From IMG/VR virus record IMGVR_UViG_3300037722_001733, positions 1-33,726 of that record: a DNA stretch of 33,726 nucleotides; one strand, written 5' to 3'. This DNA comes from a virus. Taxonomy: Duplodnaviria; Caudoviricetes. Shown piece after piece: positions 16,216-25,447 of this stretch. The translations under genes and the position numbers were made by a program. Position 1 is the first letter of the stretch; every line of letters starts with the position of its first letter. Below the pieces are notes generated by a model, which made no database searches, was not told where the DNA came from, and worked only from the letters and a program-made list of their open reading frames with translations.

Positions 16216-16624
16216 GGCCCAGCACCTCGCGCTCGATGAGCTTCACCACGTCCTCGGTGATCTGCGCGGGCTTGTCCCCCTTGGCCTCCCGGGCCTTGAC
16301 CGTCTCCTCGTACTCCTTGGTCTTGGTCAGCATGGGGATCAAGCGCCCGAGCGTGTAGAGCCGCCCGGTGTCCACCTTCTCGCCCGAGTCCATGTCGGCG
16401 GTGATGGAGGAGAGCAGCTTCCGGGCGAAGACGTAGAGCTCCTCGTGGAAGGCCTTTTTCTCGTCCAGGTGCTGCCGGCGTTTCTTCTCCCACTGGCCTT
16501 CTTCCTTCCACGACCAGACGGTCTTTTCCGAGAGGCGCAGGCGGGAGGCGATCTCGGCGATGGTCATCTGGTCGACGACGTAGCGGCGCTCGGCCTCCTC
16601 GTAGTACATCGCCTTTTTAGCCAA
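16202..16624 (-). CDS. putative terminase small subunit (DUF1804-like HTH)
   Basis: TIAEIASRLRLSEKTVWSWKEEGQW HTH upstream of terL; TTG start with GGAGG. Confidence 0.8.
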   Translation of the reverse strand: MAKKAMYYEEAERRYVVDQMTIAEIASRLRLSEKTVWSWKEEGQWEKKRRQHLDEKKAFHEELYVFARKLLSSITADMDSGEKVDTGRLYTLGRLIPMLTKTKEYEETVKAREAKGDKPAQITEDVVKLIEREVLGLGGE

Positions 16625-16862
16625 GGTCGGCCTCCAGCTTGGCGATCCGGATTTTAAGTTCCCGCATGTTGTTGACGGTCTCCACAAGGCGCTTCATCGA
16701 AGCCGCGGCCTTGTCGATTTGCAGCTCCGTGACGTCTCTTTCGTACGGGGAGAGCGTCATCCGGATGTGTTCCACCAGGCCGGAGGCATCGATGTCCAAC
16801 TCCCGGTACTTCTTCTTGTGCTCGGCGAGCTGGCCCTTGGCGGCCAGGATTTCCATGCGCAT
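16617..16862 (-). CDS. hypothetical coiled-coil protein
   Basis: 81 aa; AAAGGAG RBS; overlaps next gene. Confidence 0.8.
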   Translation of the reverse strand: MRMEILAAKGQLAEHKKKYRELDIDASGLVEHIRMTLSPYERDVTELQIDKAAASMKRLVETVNNMRELKIRIAKLEADLG

Positions 16863-16874
16863 GCGGCGTCTCCT

Positions 16875-17171
16875 TTACCCGGTCGTTTTTTCCTTGATGA
16901 GGGGGCAGAACTGGTTCGTATCGATCTTGTTGTCCATGCGGGCGAGGATCGCCGCCTGGTACCGGGAGATCTCGAGCATCTCTTTTAAGAGCTCGTAGTT
17001 CTGGTCTTCGCGCTTGGATTGCCCCGCGCTGATCGCCTCGAAGACCTTCACCTGGAGCTTCATGTTCTCCCCGAAGGCCTTGACCTGAGACTCGTGGTAC
17101 AGGTACCAGATCGCGAACACCAGGGCGGGGAAGCCGGCGTACTTGATCAACTCGATGATCCACGTTGGCAT
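16875..17171 (-). CDS. single-TM membrane protein, possible holin
   Basis: N-terminal TM (AGFPALVFAIWYLY) followed by coiled coil, as in BhlA-type holins; first leftward late gene. Confidence 0.6.
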   Translation of the reverse strand: MPTWIIELIKYAGFPALVFAIWYLYHESQVKAFGENMKLQVKVFEAISAGQSKREDQNYELLKEMLEISRYQAAILARMDNKIDTNQFCPLIKEKTTG

Positions 17172-17204
17172 TCGAGCCCTCCGGAAGGGGATGTATTACC
17201 GGCA

Positions 17205-17296
17205 ATTGTGGCAGAGGAGTTGTGCACGGTTAGGCAAACCGTGCACTAAATTTTGTGCACGGTTTGCCAAACCGTGCACTGCAACCCGCCTACAAT
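17205..17296. promoter_or_regulatory. divergent late promoters with two tandem palindromic sites
   Basis: GTGCACGGTT-N5-AACCGTGCAC at 17222-17246 and 17255-17279; -10-like CACAAT (minus, 17210-17205) and TACAAT (17291-17296), each 11 bp outside the array. Confidence 0.7.
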
Positions 17297-17362
17297 TTCG
17301 GGTAACGGACACCACGACCGCACCGAAGAGCCGAAAGAAAACGCCACGGAGGTACGTAATCC

Positions 17363-18451
17363 ATGCCGAGGAAATGGGTCGAGATCCTCAAAACCGGCAC
17401 CTTCCAGGACAGCGCGGGGAACCCCCACACCTTCACCGGGCCCGACCTGGACGCGATCGCCGCCGCCTACGATCCCGCCCGGCACGAGGCGCCAGTCACC
17501 ATCGGCCATCCCAAGGACAACGCCCCGGCCTACGGCTGGGTGAAGGCCTTAAAGCGCGTCGGGGAGACCCTCGTCGCGGAGTTCAAGGACCTGGTCCCGG
17601 AGTTCGTCGCGATGGTGAACCAGGGGCTCTTCAAGAAGCGCTCGGTCTCGCTGTTCCCCGACCGCTCGCTGCGGCACGTCGGGTTCCTGGGCGCGGCGCC
17701 GCCGGCGGTCAAGGGCCTGGCGGATTGCGCGTTCGCGGACCCAGACTCGGTCACGCTCGAGACGGACGTTGAGGCCGCCTTCTCGGAGGAACCGCCCGCC
17801 GCCGCCGCGGAAGTGACCCACCGGGACTTTTCCGACTACCGCATCCCCGTGGTCGGCCGCGTGCTGACCTCTCTGCGCGAGTGGATGATCGAGAAGTTCG
17901 GGGTCGAGGACGCCGACAAGATCGTCTCGAACTACGACCTGGACGAGCTCAAGCAGTGGATCCCGGAGTCGCCCGCCCCCTCGGCCGCGCCCGTCTCGTC
18001 CATGGCCGCCCCCGCGGTCGCGGAGATCCCGGCGGACGCGGCGCTCACGGCGCAGAACCGGAAGCTGCAGGCCGACCTGGACAAGGAGCGCACCGATCGC
18101 CGCCGTGCGGAGGCCGCCTCCTTCTGCGACGGCCTGGCACGGGAAGCGCGCCTGCTGCCTGCGCAGCGAGCCGTCGTGCTCGACCTGATGGAGGTCCTCC
18201 ACGGCGCCGGGGAGTTCGAGTTCTCCGAGGGAGGAAAGGCATCCTCCGGCGAGAAGTTCAAGGCCTTCCTCCAGGCGCTGCCCAGACAGGTGGAGTTCGT
18301 CGAGCTCGCGCGCCGGGGCGAAGGCGGTGCGGACTTGACCGACCCCAAGGCGATCGCCGCCGCGGCGATCGAGTTCCAGGATTCGGAAGCCAAGGCCGGC
18401 CGTACGATTTCCGTCACGGCGGCCGTCGGCCATGTGACGAAGGGCAAATAA
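17363..18451 (+). CDS. prohead protease/scaffold (Mu gpI-like)
   Basis: HEAPVTIGHP....PAYGWV, KRSVS, LRHVGFLGA.PPAVKGL. Confidence 0.9.
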   Translation: MPRKWVEILKTGTFQDSAGNPHTFTGPDLDAIAAAYDPARHEAPVTIGHPKDNAPAYGWVKALKRVGETLVAEFKDLVPEFVAMVNQGLFKKRSVSLFPDRSLRHVGFLGAAPPAVKGLADCAFADPDSVTLETDVEAAFSEEPPAAAAEVTHRDFSDYRIPVVGRVLTSLREWMIEKFGVEDADKIVSNYDLDELKQWIPESPAPSAAPVSSMAAPAVAEIPADAALTAQNRKLQADLDKERTDRRRAEAASFCDGLAREARLLPAQRAVVLDLMEVLHGAGEFEFSEGGKASSGEKFKAFLQALPRQVEFVELARRGEGGADLTDPKAIAAAAIEFQDSEAKAGRTISVTAAVGHVTKGK

Positions 18452-18490
18452 CGCGGGAACCCCCGCACCACACGCCAAGGAGGAGGGCAC

Positions 18491-18862
18491 ATGCACAATC
18501 CGTTGCTGACCAAGAGTTTCGTCGCTGGGGCGGTCGTGGCCGCTTACCGCATCGTCAAGCAGTCCGACGACAACACGGTCGTCGTGGGCGCCGCGGCCAC
18601 CGACAAACTGACCGGCATCTCCGACAACCTGGGCGCCGCCTCCGGCGGGCGCTGCGAGGTGCACCTGGCCGGCGCCGTCGAGGTCGAGTTCGGCGGCGCC
18701 GTCGCCGTGGGCGATCCGCTCACCTCCGACGCGACCGGCAGGGCCGTGGTCGCCGCGCCGGGCGCCGGCGTCAACAACCGGCTCATCGGCTTCGCCCTGG
18801 TGGCGGGAGCCGTCTCCGACATCGGGAGCTGCCGGATCGCCCCGGGCGTGATGCAGGGATAA
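18491..18862 (+). CDS. capsid cement/decoration protein (DUF2190-like)
   Basis: GG.VAVGDPLTSDA.GRAV motif between protease and capsid. Confidence 0.85.
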   Translation: MHNPLLTKSFVAGAVVAAYRIVKQSDDNTVVVGAAATDKLTGISDNLGAASGGRCEVHLAGAVEVEFGGAVAVGDPLTSDATGRAVVAAPGAGVNNRLIGFALVAGAVSDIGSCRIAPGVMQG

Positions 18863-18909
18863 GCGCCGTAACGTTGCCAACCCCATTCACCCAAGGAGGA
18901 TAAAAGCCC

Positions 18910-19836
18910 ATGCCCGCTCCGTTCCCGATCATCCCCGAGCTCACGGCGATCGCGATCGCCTACCGGAACCCCAAGCTCATCGCCGACAGCGTCCTGCCCC
19001 GCGTCCCCGTGGGGAAGGAGCAGTTCTCGTACATGCTGCAGACCAAGGCCGAGGGGTTCACGATCCCCGACACCAAGGTCGGCCGCAAGAGCGCGCCGAC
19101 GAAGGTCGAGTTTTCCGGCGTCAAGACCGATTCGGCCACCCAGGACTACGGGCTCGACGACCCGATCCCCGACGACGACATCAAGAACGCCCCCCCGGGC
19201 TACGACCCCGTGGGACGCGCCGTCGAGGGCCTGACCAACCTGATCACGCTGGGCCGGGAGGTCCGCACCGCCGCCCTGGTGTTCGCCCAGGGGACCTACG
19301 CGGCGGCCAACCGCGTCGCGCTGGCCGGCGTCGACCAGTGGTCGGATTTCGTCAACTCCGATCCGATCGACGACATCATGGTCGGCCTGGACGCCTGCAT
19401 CATGCGGCCGAACATCATGGTGATCGGCCGCGCGGCGTTCACCAAGCTCGTCATGCACCCCAAGATGATCAAGGCCGTCCGCGGCACCGCGGCCGACGCC
19501 GGGATCGTCTCCCGCCAGGCCGTCGCCGAGCTCTTCGAGTTCGACGAGATCCAGGTCGGCGAGGGGTGGCTCAACACGGCGAAGAAGGGCCAGGCAGCCG
19601 TCTACGCCCGCGTATGGGGCAAGCACTGCTCGCTCATCTACCGCGACAAGCTGGCCGACACGCAGCGCGGGACGACCTTCGGCTACACCGCCGAGTTCGG
19701 CACCCGCGTCTCCGGGTCGATTCCTGATCCCAACATCGGCCTGCGGGGCGGTCAGAACGTGCGCGTGGGCGAGTCGGTGAAGGAGCTCGTGACCGCCAAC
19801 GATCTCGGCTACTTCATCGAAAACGCGGTGGCGTAA
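18910..19836 (+). CDS. major capsid protein
   Basis: LTAIAIAYRN..LIAD.VLPRVPV; 308 aa; position; AAGGAGG RBS. Confidence 0.92.
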   Translation: MPAPFPIIPELTAIAIAYRNPKLIADSVLPRVPVGKEQFSYMLQTKAEGFTIPDTKVGRKSAPTKVEFSGVKTDSATQDYGLDDPIPDDDIKNAPPGYDPVGRAVEGLTNLITLGREVRTAALVFAQGTYAAANRVALAGVDQWSDFVNSDPIDDIMVGLDACIMRPNIMVIGRAAFTKLVMHPKMIKAVRGTAADAGIVSRQAVAELFEFDEIQVGEGWLNTAKKGQAAVYARVWGKHCSLIYRDKLADTQRGTTFGYTAEFGTRVSGSIPDPNIGLRGGQNVRVGESVKELVTANDLGYFIENAVA

Positions 19837-19853
19837 AACGGACACACCCCAGG

Positions 19854-19892
19854 GCGGCGGCTCCTTGGTTCCAGGCTTCAAGGGGCCGCCGC
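19854..19892 (+). other. 14-bp hairpin downstream of the capsid gene (no U-tract)
   Basis: GCGGCGGCTCCTTG / CAAGGGGCCGCCGC with 11-nt loop. Confidence 0.6.
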
Positions 19893-19914
19893 ACAGTCCA
19901 TTAAAGGAGCGGAC

Positions 19915-20220
19915 ATGGCCAAGAGCGAATACCGGGTGATCTCCCCGTTGAAGCTCGACGGGAAGCGGTACCAAGTCGGCGATACGGTGCGGATCGAGGA
20001 CGAGCGGACCGAGGTGATCGAGCCGCTCGTGAAGGCGCGGATCATCGAGGCGGCGACGCCGGGAGAGGCCGCGTCCGCCGAGGCGGCCAAAGCCGTCATC
20101 GCCAGGATTCTGGCGGCGCAAACGACCGAGGAGGTCGTGGAGCTGTCGCACGCGGACACGCGCAAGACGGTCGCAGACGCCGCCAGGAAACGCCTGACCG
20201 AGCTGGGAGCACAGGAGTAG
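19915..20220 (+). CDS. hypothetical head-associated protein
   Basis: 101 aa; DGKRYQVGD motif; AAAGGAG RBS. Confidence 0.8.
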   Translation: MAKSEYRVISPLKLDGKRYQVGDTVRIEDERTEVIEPLVKARIIEAATPGEAASAEAAKAVIARILAAQTTEEVVELSHADTRKTVADAARKRLTELGAQE

Positions 20221-20226
20221 GGCCCG

Positions 20227-20652
20227 ATGGCGTACGCGCTGCAGGCGGACCTGGAGGAGCGCTTCGGGACGGCGGAGATCGTGCGGCTCACCGACCGCGC
20301 CGACCCCCCTACGGGTGTAATCGACCCGGTCGTCGTGGCCCGGGCCCTCGCCGACGCGGAGGCCGAGGTCAACGGATACATCGCCTCCCGGTACACCCTT
20401 CCCCTGGAGATCGTCCCGGAGATCCTGAAGCGCATGACCTGCGACGTGGCGCGATACCTCCTGTACGACGACGTGGCTCCCGACCAGATCCGGGACCGCT
20501 ACAAGGACGCGGTGAGCCTCCTGAAGGGCATCGCGGACGGCAAGGTATCGTTGGGCCTGGTCACGGCGCCGGCGGTCCAGGGGGAGACGAATACGCTGGC
20601 CGCACGGACCAAGGACAAGACCTTTTCCAAAGACGCGCTCGACGGGTTTTAG
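20227..20652 (+). CDS. head-tail adaptor (Mu gp36/DUF1320)
   Basis: MAYA...DL..RFG..E...LTD; YIASRY.LPL; RYKDAV..L..IA.GK. Confidence 0.93.
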   Translation: MAYALQADLEERFGTAEIVRLTDRADPPTGVIDPVVVARALADAEAEVNGYIASRYTLPLEIVPEILKRMTCDVARYLLYDDVAPDQIRDRYKDAVSLLKGIADGKVSLGLVTAPAVQGETNTLAARTKDKTFSKDALDGF

Positions 20653-20661
20653 GGAGATACC

Positions 20662-21093
20662 ATGGCCGATCCCATCCGCGAGCGGATCATCGGGAACCTG
20701 GTGGCGGACGTCACGGCCTCGGCCGCCGTGCGCACCGTGGACCGCATGCGCCGGACGAAGTACCAGCAGCACGAGCTGCCGGCGATCAACGTATGGGAGG
20801 GCAAGGAGAGGAAGGAGCCCGGCCCCTCGGGGCTGACCACCTGCCACCTCCCGCTGCTCCTGGAGATCACGGTTCTGGACCTGTCCCGGCACGCGGCCGT
20901 CGCGAACGTGGCCATGGCCGCCGTGGTGAATGCGGTCCTCGCCGACCGCCAGCGGGGCGGCCTGGCGGTGGATACCGAGGAGAACGGGAGCGAGCCGTTC
21001 ATCGGCGAGATGAACGATCCCACGGGAGGCATGCGCGTTGAAATCGAAATCGAGTACCGGCACAAGGAAGACGATCTCTATGCCCAGCTCTGA
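20662..21093 (+). CDS. putative tail terminator/completion protein
   Basis: IRE.I, LPAINV, RGGLA.D motifs; position before tube gene. Confidence 0.7.
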   Translation: MADPIRERIIGNLVADVTASAAVRTVDRMRRTKYQQHELPAINVWEGKERKEPGPSGLTTCHLPLLLEITVLDLSRHAAVANVAMAAVVNAVLADRQRGGLAVDTEENGSEPFIGEMNDPTGGMRVEIEIEYRHKEDDLYAQL

Positions 21094-21256
21094 GGCTCCG
21101 CGGCGGGCGGAGGAGCCGGGGAGTTTCGTCATGGGGACGGACGGGATCCTGCGTCCCAACCTGGACGACGAGGCGATGCGGAAACGACTGACCACGGAAG
21201 CGCCGGCCGAGGCGGAAAAGTCCGCCGGCGGGGAGGAAACCACCGATGTCTCTTGA
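21080..21256 (+). CDS. small hypothetical protein
   Basis: 58 aa filling the gap, overlaps both neighbours. Confidence 0.55.
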   Translation: MPSSEAPRRAEEPGSFVMGTDGILRPNLDDEAMRKRLTTEAPAEAEKSAGGEETTDVS

Positions 21257-22193
21257 GAGGAAATCGCTCATCCTGGCGAAGACCGAGGTCGCCTACGGAG
21301 TCGATCCGGTGCCGGCGCCGGCTACGGACGCCATCCTGTGCGGCGCCGTCAGCTACGAGATCGTGGGGCGGTCGCTGGAGCGGGACGTCGTGATGCCCCA
21401 CTTCGGCAAGCTCGTCCCCGCCAACGTCGGCGAGGGGATCAAGCTCTCGATCCCCGTGGAGATCCGCGGGGCGGGCAGCGCGGTGGATACGGTCCCCCGG
21501 ATCGGCCGGCTGCTGCGGGCCTGCAACATGCCCGAGACGGTCAACGCGCTCGTCTCCGTGGTCTACTCCCTGACCAGCGCGGAGGACGGCGAATCGGTGA
21601 CGATCTACTGGTACGCCGACGGGATCCTCCACAAGGCGCTCGGCTGCACGGGGTCCTTGAAGCTCTCCGGCAAGAGCGGAGACTACGGCAAGCTCGTGCT
21701 GGAGCTCACCGGAATCTACGCCGGCACGCACGCCTCCGACCAGGCGACCCCGGCGCCGACCTTCGGAGACGCGGCGGTGCCGCCCAGGTTCCTCTCGGCG
21801 CTGTTCTCCATCAACGGGTACGCGGGAGCGATCGAGAACTTCGAGGTGGACCTGGGAGCCGAGATCGGCAAGCGGGTCGACGCCAACTCCGTCAGCGGCA
21901 TCCTGCGGTACTTCCACAACGACCGCAACGTCAAGGGGTCGTGCGACCCGAGAGTCGTGCCGCTGGCCACCTACAACCCGTGGACGGCGTGGAACGCCTC
22001 CACCCCCGGGGCGATCTCCGCGCAGTTCGGCGCCGCCACGGGAAACAAGGTCGTCGTCGCCATGCCCAACTGCGCCTTGACCGACGCGCCGAAGTACGGC
22101 GCCCGGGAGAAGGAGCGGATCTACCAGCTCGCCTTCGGAGCGTATCCGACCCTGGCGGCTGGCAACAACGAACTGACCATCACCTTCAGCTGA
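21246..22193 (+). CDS. major tail tube protein
   Basis: ILAKTE..YG.DP.P, LLRAC, SVTIY...DG..H...GC.G; no sheath gene nearby. Confidence 0.85.
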   Translation: MSLERKSLILAKTEVAYGVDPVPAPATDAILCGAVSYEIVGRSLERDVVMPHFGKLVPANVGEGIKLSIPVEIRGAGSAVDTVPRIGRLLRACNMPETVNALVSVVYSLTSAEDGESVTIYWYADGILHKALGCTGSLKLSGKSGDYGKLVLELTGIYAGTHASDQATPAPTFGDAAVPPRFLSALFSINGYAGAIENFEVDLGAEIGKRVDANSVSGILRYFHNDRNVKGSCDPRVVPLATYNPWTAWNASTPGAISAQFGAATGNKVVVAMPNCALTDAPKYGAREKERIYQLAFGAYPTLAAGNNELTITFS

Positions 22194-22208
22194 GACCCGG
22201 GAGGGTAA

Positions 22209-22634
22209 ATGCGAGACCTGAAAGGATCGGACCGCAACAAGATCGTATTGGCCGACGCCGTCAGCGGCGAGGAGCTCGTCGTCTTCTACCGCACGCCGCC
22301 GGCCTCCGTGCTGAAGAGCTATCGCCAGGCTACGGTCCGGCGGAAGGGCGGCAAGGTCCTGGTCGACCACTTCGATCCCGCGCGCAAATACGGGCTGGAG
22401 ATCATCACCGGCATCGGCGAGGGCTGCTTCGGATACGACGGGATCCCCATCTCCTCGGATCCGGCCTCTCCCGCCTACCGGGAGGACTGGAAGGACCTGC
22501 TGGCGGCCACGGCGTCGGACGTCGTGACGGCGGTGGCTCGCATCGCGTTCGACGGGATCAGCACGAAGGCGGACGAAGCGGGGTTCGCCTTCGAGGGGGA
22601 AACCGAAGATGCCGTCCCTTTGGCTCGGAGCTAA
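22209..22634 (+). CDS. tail assembly chaperone (G-like)
   Basis: Between tube and tape measure genes; ends just after slippery site C CCT TTG. Confidence 0.8.
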   Translation: MRDLKGSDRNKIVLADAVSGEELVVFYRTPPASVLKSYRQATVRRKGGKVLVDHFDPARKYGLEIITGIGEGCFGYDGIPISSDPASPAYREDWKDLLAATASDVVTAVARIAFDGISTKADEAGFAFEGETEDAVPLARS

Positions 22635-22906
22635 AGCGCCTTCGGGAGAACTGCAGCTCCGCGCACCGCGAGGAGTGTGCGAAATCCTGCGGGCCGCATC
22701 TCGAGGCGGCCTGCGCCGTTTGTGAGAATCGGGAGCCGTATGCACCCAGCGACTGGTTCTCCCACGTCATGTTCCTGTACCGGCTGAAAACGGCGGGCTA
22801 CCCCTTCGCGGCCGACGATCTGTTGGTCGAGGAGTGGATGGGGATCGCGGAGATGTCGGACGAGCTCGAGATCTACCGGATGGAGTCCTTGAACCATGGC
22901 AAATGA
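22616..22906 (+). CDS. -1 frameshift extension of tail chaperone (GT-like)
   Basis: -1 frame open from CCCTTTG (22616-22622) to 22906 with no start of its own near the 5' end. Confidence 0.75.
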   Translation, partial: PFGSELKRLRENCSSAHREECAKSCGPHLEAACAVCENREPYAPSDWFSHVMFLYRLKTAGYPFAADDLLVEEWMGIAEMSDELEIYRMESLNHGK

Positions 22907-25445
22907 AACCGTGGTACGCGTCGTCATCACCTCGGACCCCAGCGGGGCGATCACCGGCATCCGGAAGGTCGAAGGCGCGCAGGGGGAATTCGAGCAGCAC
23001 TCCGGCGCGGCTACGCAACGCATGCGGGCCGGATGGATCGCGGTTGCCGCCGCCGCGGCGGTCTCCGCCGTTGCGATCGCCCGGGCGGTCCGGTTCGTCG
23101 CGGAATCGGTACGGTTTGCCAACGAGGCGGAGGAAGCCGAGGCGAAGCTTTCGGCCGTGATCCGGTCCACCGGCGGCGCTGCGGGGTACACGGCCGACGA
23201 ACTCAAGCGGATGGCGTCCGGGCTGCAGGGCCTTACGACCTACGGGGACGATGCGATCGTCCGGGCGCAGGCCTTGATGCTGACCTTCACGAAGGTGGGC
23301 CGGGAAGTCTTCCCCCAGGCCATCCAGGCCGTCCTCAATATGTCGACGGCGCTCGACCAGGACTTGAAAAGCAGCGCGATACAGCTGGGAAAGGCATTAA
23401 ACGATCCGATAGAGGGAGTGTCCGCTCTCCAACGCGTGGGGGTCTCCTTCACCGAAACCCAGAAAGAACAGATCAGGACGATGGTGGAGGCGGGCCGGGT
23501 GGCGGACGCGCAGCGCCTGATCCTTGCCGAACTCAACGTGGAATTCGGGGGGCAGGCGGCGGCCGCGGCGCAGACCTACTCGGGAAGGGTGAAGCAGCTA
23601 AAAGAGGTCTACGGGGATTTCCGGGAGGAGGTCGGATTCCTCATCACGAAGAACCAGTTTTTCGCCGGTACGATACAGATCCTCCTCAAGTTCTTCCAGG
23701 ACCTGGGGCAGAAGGTCAAGGACAACCGGCTCTATCTGATGGAACTGTCCAGGGACGGCTTTATCTGGATGATCGAGGCGATCGGCAAGACCGTCGAGGC
23801 GCTCCGGTTCTTCCACAACGGCTGGCTGATGATCAAGCTGGTCGGACAGGCCGCCGTCGTGGGGATCTCCGAGGCGGTCCTGGATCTTTTTCAAACCCTT
23901 CGTTTCCTCCTGCTGCCGCTCGATCTGATCTTCGAAGGGCTGGTGAAGCTCGGAACGATCGAGACTAACCCCTTCGATACGCTGGAGTCGTCCTTGGGAA
24001 CGTTCGCCGCATCGACGCACGAAGTCATGGGCGATGTGATCGCGGAGACCGAGCGGGTGAACGGCGCCTACGACGCCGTCGGCAGGACGATCCGCGATCT
24101 CGTCGGCCAGATGCGGGCCGTCAAGGTCGGAGCCGTCCCCGACGTATCCGGCGCCGGCGGCCGGGGCGGTGGAGGCGGGGGCGGTGGGTACGTGGAAACC
24201 GACGCGATGAAAAAGGCCGTCGAGCAGGGCCGCAAGGAGATGGAGGCCCAGCGCCTGGCGTGGGAGGCGATGCGGGCGCGGGTCGACGTGGAGGAGGAGC
24301 TCGCGCGGATCGCCAAGGAGGGCGCGACGGTCGAGGCCGCGCGCAAGGAACTCGAATACGCCAGGCAGCTGGGGAACGTTACGCAGTCGGCAGTCATTCG
24401 GGAGAAATACCTCCTCGATCTCCAGGATCTGAAGCTGCAGCAATCCGCGCTCCTCACGAAGGCCGCGAACGCCGACGAGGCGGAACGGGTACGCCTTGCG
24501 TCGGAATATGCCCTCCTGGGCGAGAAGATCATCGCGCTGAAGGAATACGAAGTCAGCGATCCGGCCGCACGGCGGCTCGAGCTGGAGCGGGAGATCTTCG
24601 ATCTCACGCGTCAACAGATGGACCTGAAGAAGGCTGCGGCGGACCGTGCGGCCGGATCGCTTGCGGCCGGATCCCCGATGGGGTCAGAACTATCAACTCT
24701 CATGGCCCTCGATCTTGGCACCGATCCGTACCAACAGGACTTTGATCGGTGGTCCGAAATACAGGACCGGAAGGTCATGGCGATGGAGGAGGCGTACCAG
24801 GCGGAGTTGGAACGCCTGCGCCTGCAGGGAATATCCGAGGCCGAAATCATCCGGCAAACCGAGGCGGAAAAGGCCGCAATCACGGACGCGTATAACCAAT
24901 ATGCCGTCGAGTCCGACGCGATGGTGCAGCAGCAGAAGGCGTCCCAGGCGATGGCGTACATGAGCATCGCCATGAACACGGCGAACGCGCTCCTTTCCTT
25001 CGCCGGCGGAAACGCGAAGGCTCAGTTCGTGATCGCGAAGGGAGTCGCGGTGGCGATGGCGATCGTCCAGGGGCATATGGCCGCGATCGGGGCCGCCGCC
25101 GCGCTCGCGGGGATCCCCATCGTCGGTCCCGCCTTGGCGGCCGCCGCCTACGCGAAGTGGATGACGATCGGATACATCAACGCCGGTTTGATCGCGGCTA
25201 CGGCAATCGGTCAGATGGCAGGTGGAGGAGGGTCCGCGAGTGCGGGCGGCGGCGGTGTGCCTTCCTTTGCCGCCGCCGGATCTCCCCCTTCTTCCGCGCC
25301 CCAGGAGCCGGAGAAAAAGGTCTTCGCCCCGGAGATCAATATACAGATCTACGGGGACGGGATCTTCGATGAGGCGGCCCTTAATCGATTCGCCCGCGAG
25401 ATCGTAGGCCCGCTGCAGAAGGCATACGGAGACGGGCAGACCTGA
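22896..25445 (+). CDS. tail tape measure protein
   Basis: 849 aa, Ala-rich and helical; QLGKALNDP..G..AL.RVG motif. Confidence 0.92.
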   Translation: MANETVVRVVITSDPSGAITGIRKVEGAQGEFEQHSGAATQRMRAGWIAVAAAAAVSAVAIARAVRFVAESVRFANEAEEAEAKLSAVIRSTGGAAGYTADELKRMASGLQGLTTYGDDAIVRAQALMLTFTKVGREVFPQAIQAVLNMSTALDQDLKSSAIQLGKALNDPIEGVSALQRVGVSFTETQKEQIRTMVEAGRVADAQRLILAELNVEFGGQAAAAAQTYSGRVKQLKEVYGDFREEVGFLITKNQFFAGTIQILLKFFQDLGQKVKDNRLYLMELSRDGFIWMIEAIGKTVEALRFFHNGWLMIKLVGQAAVVGISEAVLDLFQTLRFLLLPLDLIFEGLVKLGTIETNPFDTLESSLGTFAASTHEVMGDVIAETERVNGAYDAVGRTIRDLVGQMRAVKVGAVPDVSGAGGRGGGGGGGGYVETDAMKKAVEQGRKEMEAQRLAWEAMRARVDVEEELARIAKEGATVEAARKELEYARQLGNVTQSAVIREKYLLDLQDLKLQQSALLTKAANADEAERVRLASEYALLGEKIIALKEYEVSDPAARRLELEREIFDLTRQQMDLKKAAADRAAGSLAAGSPMGSELSTLMALDLGTDPYQQDFDRWSEIQDRKVMAMEEAYQAELERLRLQGISEAEIIRQTEAEKAAITDAYNQYAVESDAMVQQQKASQAMAYMSIAMNTANALLSFAGGNAKAQFVIAKGVAVAMAIVQGHMAAIGAAAALAGIPIVGPALAAAAYAKWMTIGYINAGLIAATAIGQMAGGGGSASAGGGGVPSFAAAGSPPSSAPQEPEKKVFAPEINIQIYGDGIFDEAALNRFAREIVGPLQKAYGDGQT

Positions 25446-25447
25446 CG

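Noticed and set aside
17222-17279. Mini CRISPR array
   Set aside because: Only two units separated by 8 bp, no spacer-length sequence and no cas genes; position fits operators
18544-21243. 899-aa minus-strand ORF and similar long antisense ORFs (e.g. 13059-14894, 21129-22745)
   Set aside because: Shadow frames of high-GC genes with no recognisable motifs
22594-22603. GGGGGAAAC as the chaperone slippery site
   Set aside because: GGGAAAC is not in X XXY YYZ register with the reading frame, whereas CCCTTTG is
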